Positions 56,120 to 64,000 of a DNA stretch of 64,000 nt are shown here, piece after piece (within the stretch, counting starts at the first letter, position 1; every line of letters begins with the position of its first letter). The DNA comes from Chloroflexota bacterium (lineage in GTDB: Bacteria > Chloroflexota > Anaerolineae > UBA4142). A program made the position numbers and the translations under genes. The stretch spans positions 7,982 to 71,981 of the forward strand of contig JACRPR010000072.1 of the NCBI GenBank assembly GCA_016223105.1. The letters run 5' to 3'. The notes beneath the pieces were generated by a model. That model was not told where the DNA came from. It ran no database searches and saw only the letters and a program-made list of their open reading frames with translations.

Positions 56120-57507
56120 TTGCGAAGTTGTCCGTCCGCCGATTTGGCTTCGAGCGGCCAAACGATGTTCGTGATCAATTTGCCGGCAGAATCTTTCTGC
56201 CACTGCATATAAACCATATCGTGCGCGGTCTGCTTGCCGTGCGTCTTGGCATCGGTGCTGAATTTGACGACGCCGTAGAACGTCATCAAGTTCATCTTGT
56301 CGAGCGCGGCGACAATTTTCGCGGGATCAACACTGTCCGCATCTTCAATCGCTTTTTGGAGAATCAAACCCTGAGCGTAACCGCCGGCGGAGTGGTACGA
56401 CGGCGTATCTTTGTATTTCGCGACGTACGCGTCGGTGAACGCTTTGACACTCACACCATAGTAGGGGATGTTCGCGGCTTTGGCGGATTCCGCGCTGTAC
56501 GTCACTTGGGGTTCCCACTGGCTGGGTCCGATGATGTACTGCGCGGCATCGCCGATATCTTTAAAGGTCGGTTCCGGCGGCGCGACGAGCAAAGAGACAA
56601 AGCGCACCGGAATCTTTTTCTCGTAAAGTTGTTTGGCGAAGGTCGTGCCATCGGCAAAGTGACCGCCGCCCAAAATCGCGTCGGGGTTGGTCGCGCTGAT
56701 CTTGTTGATGAACGGAGAGAAATCGGTCGCGCCGGTATCGTACCCCTCGAACATCACGACGTTCAACCCTTTGCTTTCCGCGTACGGTTTCAGCGCGTTC
56801 GCGACCGAGGTCGAGAAGGCATCTTTTTCGTACACGATCGCGATCTTTTTCGCGGTCGGGTCAATCTTCATCAACATATCTGCCGCGCCGGTGAGATAGC
56901 GACTCGCGGGCGTGTACAATTGGAACGTGTTCTTGAAACCTTGTTCCATCGTTACATCGTCCGCCGCGCCGGCGGTGATCATCACTTTGCCGTTCTGTTC
57001 ACCGACGACTGCCGCGGCGCGCGCGAGACCGCTACTGTATGGGCTGAGGAGGAAATCGGCTTTGTCTTCGTTGATGAGTTTGGCGTAGAGCGCTTGCACG
57101 CGATCGGTCTTACTCTCATCATCGTAGAATTTCATTTCCGGCATATAGACCGTGCCGTCTTTCAACTTGATGCCGCCGGCTTTCGCCACATCATCAAGCC
57201 ACAACTGTAAACCTTCGACCTGTTTCTTTGAAGCGACTTGTTGCGCGCCGGTCTGGGATGCGGTGAAACCGATCAAAAGTTTCTTTGCCGCGACGGGTGG
57301 TTTAGTCGCGGCGGCGGGCGGCTTGGTTGCTTCAGGCGCTTTGGTCGCGGCGGCGGGCGCAGAAGTCGCGGCGACCGGCGCGGTCGTTGGCGCGGGCGCT
57401 TTGGTGGGGGGCGCGGATGTGGGTGCCGCCGTCGGCGCGGCGCACGCGGTCAGGATCAGCGCAGTCAATAGAACGCCGATCCACAACAATCGGGGAAACT
57501 TGCTCAT
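56116..57507 (-). CDS. Type-1 periplasmic-binding-fold (LivJ/K-like) substrate-binding lipoprotein
   Basis: ATG 57507 (GGAG upstream). Lipobox LTAC followed by a ~55-aa Pro/Thr/Ala tether. Confidence 0.8.
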   Translation of the reverse strand: MSKFPRLLWIGVLLTALILTACAAPTAAPTSAPPTKAPAPTTAPVAATSAPAAATKAPEATKPPAAATKPPVAAKKLLIGFTASQTGAQQVASKKQVEGLQLWLDDVAKAGGIKLKDGTVYMPEMKFYDDESKTDRVQALYAKLINEDKADFLLSPYSSGLARAAAVVGEQNGKVMITAGAADDVTMEQGFKNTFQLYTPASRYLTGAADMLMKIDPTAKKIAIVYEKDAFSTSVANALKPYAESKGLNVVMFEGYDTGATDFSPFINKISATNPDAILGGGHFADGTTFAKQLYEKKIPVRFVSLLVAPPEPTFKDIGDAAQYIIGPSQWEPQVTYSAESAKAANIPYYGVSVKAFTDAYVAKYKDTPSYHSAGGYAQGLILQKAIEDADSVDPAKIVAALDKMNLMTFYGVVKFSTDAKTHGKQTAHDMVYMQWQKDSAGKLITNIVWPLEAKSADGQLRK

Positions 57508-57673
57508 CGTCTTCTTCTCCTTTTTCTTTTCGCGCATCTTGGCGATTTTTGGAAATTCATTCCATTGGCACAGGCATTGGGTTGCGAACCCGCGTGTGGC
57601 GCAATCATCACCTCGCTGTGATTAAATTTGCAAGGAAGGCAGTGGAGACGAAAGGTTAAAATATCTTAATGCG

Positions 57674-57702
57674 ATTATATCCGCTAGATTCAAATAAATC
57701 AA
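57674..57702 (-). promoter_or_regulatory. Sigma-70-like promoter of the liv operon
   Basis: Minus strand TTGATT (57697-57702), 17-nt spacer, TATAAT (57674-57679). Implies a ~160-nt leader. Confidence 0.5.
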
Positions 57703-57707
57703 ATTCA

Positions 57708-58988
57708 TTACGCCAACAACGCGAATGGCTCTTCAATCAGATTCGCGAGCGCGTCGAGAAATTGCGCGGCGCGCGCGCCATCCACAACACGATGATCGCT
57801 CGAAAGCGTGAGCGTCAGCATCGGGCGCACGGCGGGCTGACCCTTGATCGCGATCACGCGCTCCGCGATGCGTCCGACCGCGAGGATCGCGGCTTGCGGC
57901 GCGTTGATGATCGCGCTGAACGCGTCCACGTTGTACATTCCCAGGTTCGTCAGCGTGAATGTGCCGCCCGCGATGTCCGCCGGTTTCAACTTGTTCGCGC
58001 CCGCGCGTTCCACAATATCTTTGCGGCGCGTCGCGATTTCACCAATCGCAAGCGCGTCCGCGCGATGCACAACCGGCACGATCAAGCCATCCTCAAGCGC
58101 GGTCGCGATGCCGATGTTGATCGCGTCGTTGAGTTTGATTGTGTTGTCCATCCAGCTCGCGTTCACGCGCGGATGATCACGCAACGCGATCGCGATCAGC
58201 TTGACGAGCAAATCCGTGTACGTCGGTTTGACGCCGGAGCGTTTCGCGATGATCGGCGCGATCCGCGCGCGCAATTCGACGAGCGCGGTCGCGTCCACAT
58301 CGCGCGTGAGAAAAAAGTGTGGCACGGTTGTCCAACTTGTCGTCATTCGTTCCGCCATCACGCGCCAGACGGTGGAGATGTCAGCATCCTGAGCGGAGCG
58401 AAGCGGAGTCGAAGGATGCGGTGATCCGGCGCGAGCAGGGGCGAGGGTGTAAGTCGCCGACATGTTTAACACATCATTCGCGATGATTGCGCCGTCGGGA
58501 CCAGAGCCGCGCAACGTTGCAAGATCAATGCCGCGTTCACTCGCGAGACGACGCGCTTTGGGTGACGCGGGGACGAGACCCGAAGGGTTTGGCAAACCCT
58601 TCGGGTCTTTGTTTAGGTACGCGATCACATCCGCCTTCTCAATTCGTCCGCCGGTCGGCTTCACGCGCGCGAGATCAACGCGATGCTCCTCCGCGATTTT
58701 GCGCGCGACCGGCGACGCGCTCAGACCCGAAGGGTTTACAAAACCCTTCGGGTCTTCAACAATCAGCGCGATCGTTTGCCCGACCGGGATCACATCCCCT
58801 TCGCGTGCGGTGCCGTTCGAAAGTACACCGCTCGTGGTCGCTTCGATCTCGACGGTAACTTTGTCCGTCTCGATCTCCATAATCGGCTCGCCCTTGATGA
58901 CCTGGGCACCTTCGCTTTTGAGCCAGCGTAAAATTTTTCCGGTATCCTGCGCCATTTCGAGAGCAGGCATGATGAATTCGGTAGTCAT
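57708..58988 (-). CDS. Dihydrolipoamide acyltransferase (E2) of a 2-oxoacid dehydrogenase complex, with two peripheral-subunit-binding domains
   Basis: ATG 58988. Lipoyl domain IETDKVTVEIE. Two PSBDs (PVARKIAEEHRVDL..., SPKARRLASERGIDL...). Catalytic domain with DHRVVDG. Confidence 0.88.
   Translation of the reverse strand: MTTEFIMPALEMAQDTGKILRWLKSEGAQVIKGEPIMEIETDKVTVEIEATTSGVLSNGTAREGDVIPVGQTIALIVEDPKGFVNPSGLSASPVARKIAEEHRVDLARVKPTGGRIEKADVIAYLNKDPKGLPNPSGLVPASPKARRLASERGIDLATLRGSGPDGAIIANDVLNMSATYTLAPARAGSPHPSTPLRSAQDADISTVWRVMAERMTTSWTTVPHFFLTRDVDATALVELRARIAPIIAKRSGVKPTYTDLLVKLIAIALRDHPRVNASWMDNTIKLNDAINIGIATALEDGLIVPVVHRADALAIGEIATRRKDIVERAGANKLKPADIAGGTFTLTNLGMYNVDAFSAIINAPQAAILAVGRIAERVIAIKGQPAVRPMLTLTLSSDHRVVDGARAAQFLDALANLIEEPFALLA
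58387..58412 (-). repeat. Short repeat (reverse complement of 32486-32511) inside the E2 linker
   Basis: TCCTGAGCGGAGCGAAGCGGAGTCGA, translated as STPLRSAQD. Confidence 0.75.
58576..58608. repeat. Palindrome family P copy, in frame in an E2 linker
   Basis: AGACCCGAAGGGTTTGGCAAACCCTTCGGGTCT, translated as KDPKGLPNPSGL. Confidence 0.88.
58723..58755. repeat. Palindrome family P copy, in frame in an E2 linker
   Basis: AGACCCGAAGGGTTTACAAAACCCTTCGGGTCT, translated as EDPKGFVNPSGL. Confidence 0.88.
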
Positions 58989-59002
58989 CCAAGTGAGTTC
59001 CT

Positions 59003-59060
59003 TTATTTCCCTTATTTCCCTCATTTCCGTATCGGGAAATGAGGGAAATGAAGGAAATTA
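59003..59060. repeat. Word-repeat hairpin (GGAAATGA words) between the M24 and E2 genes
   Basis: ATTTCCCTTATTTCCCTCATTTCC-gtatc-GGGAAATGAGGGAAATGAAGGAAAT. Confidence 0.8.
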
Positions 59061-60383
59061 TCCGCGCACTGCCGCGACCATTTTCTTCACATCCTCACTC
59101 GGTTCGGGATCGTGCACGCGCGTTGTCGGCAGAGGACCGGTCGCGGTGTAATAGTGATGACCGGCAACCATCAAATCGTTCGCCGGAAAACGCGTGATGA
59201 TTTCGTGCCCGGTTTCGGTAACGACAATTTCCTCTTCGATGCGCGCCGCGCTCCAACCATCGGTCGAGGGCCAAAAGGTTTCGAGCGCGAACACCATCCC
59301 AGGTTTCAATTCGGTGGGATGCTCGAGCGAGACGAGACGGCTGATCACCGGCTTTTCCCAAATCGCGAGACCGACGCCGTGCCCGTACTGCAACGCGAAC
59401 GCGGCTTCTTCATTCGCGAATCCAAACTCGGTGGCTTTAGGCCACACGGACGCGACTTCGCCGGTGGTGCGCCCAGGTCGAATCAATTCGATTGCCGCGT
59501 CGAGATAATCGCGGCAACGTTTGTACGCGTCCACCATCGCGCGCGACGCGTAGCCAATCGTAAAGCAACGATAGTAGCAAGTGCGATAGCCCATATACGA
59601 TTGTAATACATCGTAATACACTGGATCGCCGGGGCGCAACATTCGATCCGAAAAAACGTGCGGGTGTGGATTGCAACGTTCGCCGGAAATCGCGTTCACC
59701 GCTTCGACGTATTCCGATCCCAGGTCGTACAACACTTTACTCACGATGCCGACCGCTTCGTTCTCGCGCATCCCAGGTTTCATCGCGCGATAGAGTTCGT
59801 CGTACGCGGCATCCACTTGCGCGGCGGCGTGCGTGAGAAGCGCGATCTCGTCTACTGTTTTGATCAAGCGCGCGTCGGACATCAATTGTTGACCGTCAAC
59901 GATTTTTAATCCCTTGTTCTGCAACGCGAACAGAACCGGCACTTCGGCAATGTCCACGCCGACCGGTTCGTTTTCGAGTCCGCGCTCTTTCAACTCGACC
60001 CAGATTTTGTTCGCGACATCTTCCGCGCGTCCCATCTCCGGCGACATTGCGCCGCGCAAAAGCGAAATGCCGGGACGCGAGCGTTTTTCGCCGAGCCAGG
60101 GCGCGTAGAGTTGATGATGCTTTGCCGCCGAACCAAAATCCCACAGAATCGGCTCGTCGTCCTGCGGCAACAACGTAAAGCGATTCATTTTATCTTGCGC
60201 CCAAGTGCCGATGTGCGTCGCGGTGAGATAACGGACATTGTTCATATCGAAACACAACAGCGCACCCATCTCGGATTCTTTCAATAATTTTTTCGCGCGC
60301 GCCAATCGTTCGCGGCGCAAGCGATCAAAATCAATGCGCTGTTCCCAATCCACTTGCATTGTGCCGTAGGTTTTGATTGCCAT
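59058..60383 (-). CDS. M24-family metallopeptidase-fold protein (creatinase/prolidase-like, with a creatinase-N-type domain)
   Basis: ATG 60383 (AAGGAG RBS). Pita-bread C-terminal domain (..HGVGLAIWEKP.., ..GMVFALETF.., ..EEEIVVTETG..). Substrate not inferable. Confidence 0.7.
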   Translation of the reverse strand: MAIKTYGTMQVDWEQRIDFDRLRRERLARAKKLLKESEMGALLCFDMNNVRYLTATHIGTWAQDKMNRFTLLPQDDEPILWDFGSAAKHHQLYAPWLGEKRSRPGISLLRGAMSPEMGRAEDVANKIWVELKERGLENEPVGVDIAEVPVLFALQNKGLKIVDGQQLMSDARLIKTVDEIALLTHAAAQVDAAYDELYRAMKPGMRENEAVGIVSKVLYDLGSEYVEAVNAISGERCNPHPHVFSDRMLRPGDPVYYDVLQSYMGYRTCYYRCFTIGYASRAMVDAYKRCRDYLDAAIELIRPGRTTGEVASVWPKATEFGFANEEAAFALQYGHGVGLAIWEKPVISRLVSLEHPTELKPGMVFALETFWPSTDGWSAARIEEEIVVTETGHEIITRFPANDLMVAGHHYYTATGPLPTTRVHDPEPSEDVKKMVAAVRG

Positions 60384-60393
60384 TGTAAACTCC

Positions 60394-60750
60394 TTATCGT
60401 ATTTCTGCTTTATGGAAATAGAATGGTTTGCAAACATTCAAGAGTTGTTGAACTTGGTGTGTCGAGACAAAAACAATATCGAGGTGTTCGTGTGTCCCGA
60501 ACATTGAACTAAAAATTTTCCAGATTTGTTTTGCGATTTCCTCATCAGCACCGGTCGGGACATCCAAACACAAAGCGATGCTGTACGTTTTTGCATCATC
60601 GTACGAGACAATAGCGAGAAACGCTGTCTTTATTTTATCATTCTTTTTGAACAAATTGATGAACTTGGTCTTTAATTGGCGTTCTGGAACACCATCTTGC
60701 TCACCTAAAAATTGGATTTGTGGAACATTAAAATTGTCTAACGGTGACAT
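60394..60750 (-). CDS. Hypothetical protein, conspicuously AT-rich ORF (possibly SseB-C-like)
   Basis: ATG 60750 with AAGGAG RBS. 118 aa. By eye it is much more AT-rich than its neighbours. The pattern KTAFLAIVSYDD...YSIALCLDV...LDIVFV...CKPFY is weakly reminiscent of SseB C-terminal domains. Confidence 0.4.
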   Translation of the reverse strand: MSPLDNFNVPQIQFLGEQDGVPERQLKTKFINLFKKNDKIKTAFLAIVSYDDAKTYSIALCLDVPTGADEEIAKQIWKIFSSMFGTHEHLDIVFVSTHQVQQLLNVCKPFYFHKAEIR

Positions 60751-60757
60751 TGGATTT

Positions 60758-61195
60758 TTACTCCTTGACTTTTTCCCACACCAATTGCCCCACTGCTTCC
60801 GCGCCGGCAAGGATCAATGGCGACGTTCGCAACGTGAGACGATTGCCGGAAAATTCGTAAAAACGCACCAGGTCAATGCCGACCCAGTTCGGATGCCACG
60901 CGCCTTCGATGTGATGCGTTACCGTGTGTTTATCCGCGTCAAGCGTGTACGTGCCAAAGTAACCGAGGTAGCCGCGAAACGCGGTCTGAGTCTCGTGCGG
61001 CGCACCACTCAAACGATCGCCGGTCGCAAACAGCGGACGATCACGGCGCATAATTTGCACCGCCATATTTCCATCCGCATCGTAAATAATCCGCCCGGTT
61101 GGATTCACGCCGTACATATCAATAACCTCGCCGTTCGCGCGACGATAATCGGCGGAAATCAATTTCCAGGTTCCGATAAATTTATCGTTCGACAT
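60758..61195 (-). CDS. Lipocalin-like domain protein
   Basis: ATG 61195. FIGTWKLIS...NPTGRIIYDADGNMAVQIM...YLGYFGTYTLD pattern of bacterial lipocalin-like domains. Confidence 0.6.
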   Translation of the reverse strand: MSNDKFIGTWKLISADYRRANGEVIDMYGVNPTGRIIYDADGNMAVQIMRRDRPLFATGDRLSGAPHETQTAFRGYLGYFGTYTLDADKHTVTHHIEGAWHPNWVGIDLVRFYEFSGNRLTLRTSPLILAGAEAVGQLVWEKVKE

Positions 61196-61210
61196 TCGCA
61201 ACTCCAATTG

Positions 61211-61285
61211 TAATGCGTGATGCGTGATGCGTGATGCGTGAACCTCACGAATCACGCATCACGTTTTACGTTTTACGTTTTACGA
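61211..61285 (-). repeat. ACGTTTT/GATGCGT composite element abutting the E1-beta stop codon
   Basis: TAATGCGTGATGCGTGATGCGTGATGCGTGA-acc-TCACGAATCACGCATCACG followed by (TTTTACG)x3. The stop at 61280-61282 lies inside it. Confidence 0.85.
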
Positions 61286-62266
61286 TTTCCCGCAGAGCAT
61301 ACGCGCCATTTCAAAAACTGTTTGCTCCGTCGGCACCGTTACATCTTCGAGCGTGGGCGAAAATGGCACCGGCACATTCAGTGCACCCATTCGTTTGACC
61401 GGCGCGTCGAGATAGTAAAACGCGCCTTCCGCGATGACCGACGCGATTTCGGCGGTGACACCGTACTGCTCGTACCCTTCGTCAATCACAATCGCGCGCG
61501 AAGTTTTTTTCGCGGACTCGATACAAGTTTTTTTATCGAGCGGCAACGTCGTGCGCGGATCGATCACCTCCGCGCCGATACCGATTTGCGCGAGCATCTC
61601 CGCCGCGCCGAGCGCGACCTGCACCATCGAACTTGTCGCGACGAGCGTGATGTCACTGCCCGCGCGTTTCACATCGGCAACGCCGAACGGAATCGTGTAA
61701 TCATCCGTCGGTACAACACCTTTCATTTTGAACATCATCTTGTCTTCAAAAAAAACGACCGGGTTGTTATCGCGAATCGCGGTTTTCAGCAAACCCTTGG
61801 CATCGTACGGCGTTGATGGAATCGCGACTTTCAACCCAGGAATGTGGCTGACCCACGCGTGCAAACTTTGCGAGTGTTGCGCCGCCGAGCGTCGCGTCGC
61901 GCCCATCGTCGTGCGAAACACCATCGGCACATTCAGTTTGCCGCCGGACATGTAATGCACTTTGGCGGCTTGGTTCGCGATTTGATCCATCGCCAGTGTG
62001 AGAAAATCGCCGAACATTAAATCCACAACCGGGCGCATCCCGGTCATCGCCGCGCCAACGCCGATGCCGGAAAAACCAGGTTCAGAAATCGGCGTGTCAA
62101 TCACGCGCGCTGTGCCAAACTCTTCGACCAAGCCGGATAAAACTTTGAACGGCGTTCCCGCTTCGGCGACATCTTCGCCGAAGATGAACACGCGCGCATC
62201 GCGCCGCATCTCCTCCGCGAGCGCTTCGCGGATCGCTTCGGCAAACGTGATTTCGCGATCAGACAT
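61280..62266 (-). CDS. 2-oxoacid dehydrogenase E1 component, beta subunit
   Basis: 328 aa. VFIFGEDV...GTARVIDTPISEPGFSGIGVGAAMTGMRPVV transketolase-like pyrimidine-binding domain. Confidence 0.9.
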   Translation of the reverse strand: MSDREITFAEAIREALAEEMRRDARVFIFGEDVAEAGTPFKVLSGLVEEFGTARVIDTPISEPGFSGIGVGAAMTGMRPVVDLMFGDFLTLAMDQIANQAAKVHYMSGGKLNVPMVFRTTMGATRRSAAQHSQSLHAWVSHIPGLKVAIPSTPYDAKGLLKTAIRDNNPVVFFEDKMMFKMKGVVPTDDYTIPFGVADVKRAGSDITLVATSSMVQVALGAAEMLAQIGIGAEVIDPRTTLPLDKKTCIESAKKTSRAIVIDEGYEQYGVTAEIASVIAEGAFYYLDAPVKRMGALNVPVPFSPTLEDVTVPTEQTVFEMARMLCGKS

Positions 62267-62288
62267 TGCGTTCTCCAGACAACGGATT

Positions 62289-62364
62289 TATGGGACGCGG
62301 ACAAACGCGGATGAACGCGGATAATTTTCTCTTGTCCATGTTTGTCCGTGTTAATCCGCGTCCA
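62289..62364. repeat. Family R hairpin element (copy 3 of 3) between E1 alpha and E1 beta
   Basis: TATGGGACGCGGACAAACGCGGATGAACGCGGATAATTTTCTCTTGTCCATGTTTGTCCGTGTTAATCCGCGTCCA. Confidence 0.85.
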
Positions 62365-62373
62365 ATTTTATTT

Positions 62374-63345
62374 TTACGCATACACATCTTCATCCACCTC
62401 GCGCGCATCCGGGAACGGCGCATCGAGCGCGAACGCGACGCCGGCTTCGACTTCCGCGTTCACATCCGCTTCAATGCGTTCAAGCACGCTTGCATCGGTC
62501 AGTTTTTGCGCGATAAGACGCGTCGAGAGAATTTTAAGCGGGTCGCGATTCGTCATCCATTCGCGTTCTTCTTCTTTCGCGCGATAGTACGCGCGATTAA
62601 TGTCGCCGACGTGATGTCCATAATAGCGATACGTGTCGCACTGCAAAAACGCCGGACCTTCACCGCGCCGCGCGCGTTCGACGAGCTTTTGCATCGCCAT
62701 GAAAACCGCGTGCACATCTTGACCGTCCACGATTTCCGCGCGCATCCCAAACGTTTGCGCGCGCGCGATAAATTCACCGGCGGCAGTTTCGGTGTGATGC
62801 GTGTACTCGCCGTACAAATTATTTTCGCAGACGTAAATCACCGGCAATTTCCACAACGCCGCCATGTTCGCAACTTCGTAAAACAATCCTTGCCCCAACG
62901 CGCCATCGCCAAAAAAGCATACGGCGACCTGCCCACTGCGCCGCATCTTTGCCGACATTGCCGCGCCCGTCGCGATGCCCATGCTTCCACCGACAATCGC
63001 GTTCGCGCCCAGGTTGCCGGAATCTGGGTCGGCGATGTGCATCGAGCCGCCCTTGCCGCGACAATAGCCGGCTTCTTTGCCGAGCAATTCCGCGAACATG
63101 CGATCCACGCGCGCGCCTTTCGCGAGACAGTGCCCATGCCCGCGATGTGTGCTGGTGATGTAATCGTCGCGATCGAGTGCCTCGCACACGCCGACGGCAA
63201 CCGCTTCCTCGCCGGAATACAGATGCGCGAGTCCCGGCATTTTCGCGCTCTTGTACAGTTCGTTCACTTTTTCTTCAAACGCGCGAATCTTTGCCATTTG
63301 TTGATACATCTGCAAAGATTGTTCGAGGTCTATGTGTTCGGTCAT
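62374..63345 (-). CDS. 2-oxoacid dehydrogenase E1 component, alpha subunit (TPP-binding)
   Basis: 323 aa. YSGEEAVAVG...HRGHGH...GDGALGQGLFYEVANMAALWKLPVIYVCENN TPP motif. Confidence 0.9.
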   Translation of the reverse strand: MTEHIDLEQSLQMYQQMAKIRAFEEKVNELYKSAKMPGLAHLYSGEEAVAVGVCEALDRDDYITSTHRGHGHCLAKGARVDRMFAELLGKEAGYCRGKGGSMHIADPDSGNLGANAIVGGSMGIATGAAMSAKMRRSGQVAVCFFGDGALGQGLFYEVANMAALWKLPVIYVCENNLYGEYTHHTETAAGEFIARAQTFGMRAEIVDGQDVHAVFMAMQKLVERARRGEGPAFLQCDTYRYYGHHVGDINRAYYRAKEEEREWMTNRDPLKILSTRLIAQKLTDASVLERIEADVNAEVEAGVAFALDAPFPDAREVDEDVYA

Positions 63346-63356
63346 TCGTTGACTCC

Positions 63357-63410
63357 AAAACGTAAAGCGTAAAACGTGAAACGTAATTGCGCTTTACGTT
63401 TTACGTTTTA
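63357..63410 (-). repeat. ACGTTTT-word hairpin abutting the stop codon of the dehydrogenase gene
   Basis: AAAACGTAAAGCGTAAAACGTGAAACGTAA-ttgc-GCTTTACGTTTTACGTTTTAT. The stop at 63408-63410 lies inside it. Confidence 0.8.
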
Positions 63411-64000
63411 TTCTACTCCGCTCATTTTCGCTAACGCCCGAAACATCACCGCGAAATCTTCTTTCGCAAACCCCATCCCGCGCGCGGTCGTGAGCATTTC
63501 GTTCGTCGCCGCGGTCGTCGGCAGTGGCACGTCGAGTTGGCGACCCAGTTCGAGCGCGAGCAACAAATCTTTTTGCATCATATTCACATCGAACCACGCT
63601 TCGTCCGGCAATTTCAAAACGAACGGTCCGCGATATTTCACCATCGGCGAGGCGATCACGCTGTTGAGCAACACTTCAACGGCGGTCGCGCGTTTGATCC
63701 CGGCTTTTTCCGCGATCAAAACGCCTTCGCTGAACGCAAGCATTTGCACCGCGAGCGATAAATTCGTCGCGATCTTCATCGTTACCGCGAGCCCGTTCGC
63801 GCCGACGTAATTTACTTTCGGACCGATCGCGAGCAGAACCGGTTTTATCTTTTCGAACGTGGCTGGATCGCCCGCGACCATCAGCGACACATTGCCTTGT
63901 TCGAGTGTGATGACACTGCCGGAGACCGGACAATCGAGCATTTGCGCGCCGCGCGCCGCGACAGACTTTGCGATTTCGCGCGATGCCGCCGGGCTGACCG
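63408..64000 (-). CDS. 3-hydroxyisobutyrate / 6-phosphogluconate-dehydrogenase-like NAD(P)-dependent oxidoreductase (5' end outside the window)
   Basis: C-terminal all-helical domain ...GANGLAVTMKIATNLSLAVQMLAFSEGVLIAEKAG...MMQKDLLLALE. The reading frame is open to the window edge. Confidence 0.75.
   Translation of the reverse strand, partial: VSPAASREIAKSVAARGAQMLDCPVSGSVITLEQGNVSLMVAGDPATFEKIKPVLLAIGPKVNYVGANGLAVTMKIATNLSLAVQMLAFSEGVLIAEKAGIKRATAVEVLLNSVIASPMVKYRGPFVLKLPDEAWFDVNMMQKDLLLALELGRQLDVPLPTTAATNEMLTTARGMGFAKEDFAVMFRALAKMSGVE

Overview
This is a visibly GC-rich bacterial chromosomal segment with about 61 protein-coding genes, all but seven on the minus strand. I saw no rRNA, tRNA, CRISPR array, transposase or integrase. 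Gene content, in order: (1) 585-7491 (+), a compact nitrous-oxide reductase cluster: nosZ with a Sec/lipoprotein signal (clade II-like), a nosB-like membrane gene, a single-frame nosD::nosF fusion, nosY, nosL and a monohaem cytochrome c. (2) Two architecturally related membrane proteins of unknown function, then a tandem FKBP pair whose second copy is broken. (3) An activated-methyl-cycle / methionine-salvage cluster: metK, ahcY, a V4R-domain protein, a PfkB kinase, a PIN toxin-antitoxin pair, and mtnA behind a clear SAM-I riboswitch. (4) Five tandem, partly overlapping GT-C (PMT/ArnT-like) membrane glycosyltransferase paralogs. (5) An MBL hydrolase, lgt, rnhB, an HD protein, rplS, a 2H-like protein, an ABM protein, a GH3 lipoprotein and a GT2 polyprenol-phosphate sugar synthase. 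(6) Two back-to-back peptide-type ABC importer gene sets, one of them interrupted by an RHH plus retropepsin-like pair. (7) A MurNAc-recycling unit: GntR, an anmK::murQ fusion and a DUF1343/NamZ-like gene. (8) Two VOC genes, a liv-type ABC importer, and a 2-oxoacid dehydrogenase operon (E1 alpha, E1 beta ... E2) interrupted by three unrelated genes. The most unusual property is not a gene. It is the extreme density of small structured repeats, of three kinds. One is a 33-35 bp palindrome family. Several are MITE-like families. The third is dozens of intercistronic hairpins whose arms are tandem 6-8 nt 'words'. Many copies are translated in frame inside genes, where they supply inter-domain linkers, loops, N-terminal tethers and stop codons. 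Two of them sit exactly at the junctions of the two gene fusions. A Chloroflexota/Anaerolineae-like origin is suggested only by inference, from the long Pro/Thr/Ala lipoprotein tethers, the clade II-like nos cluster and the repeat style. I could run no database search.
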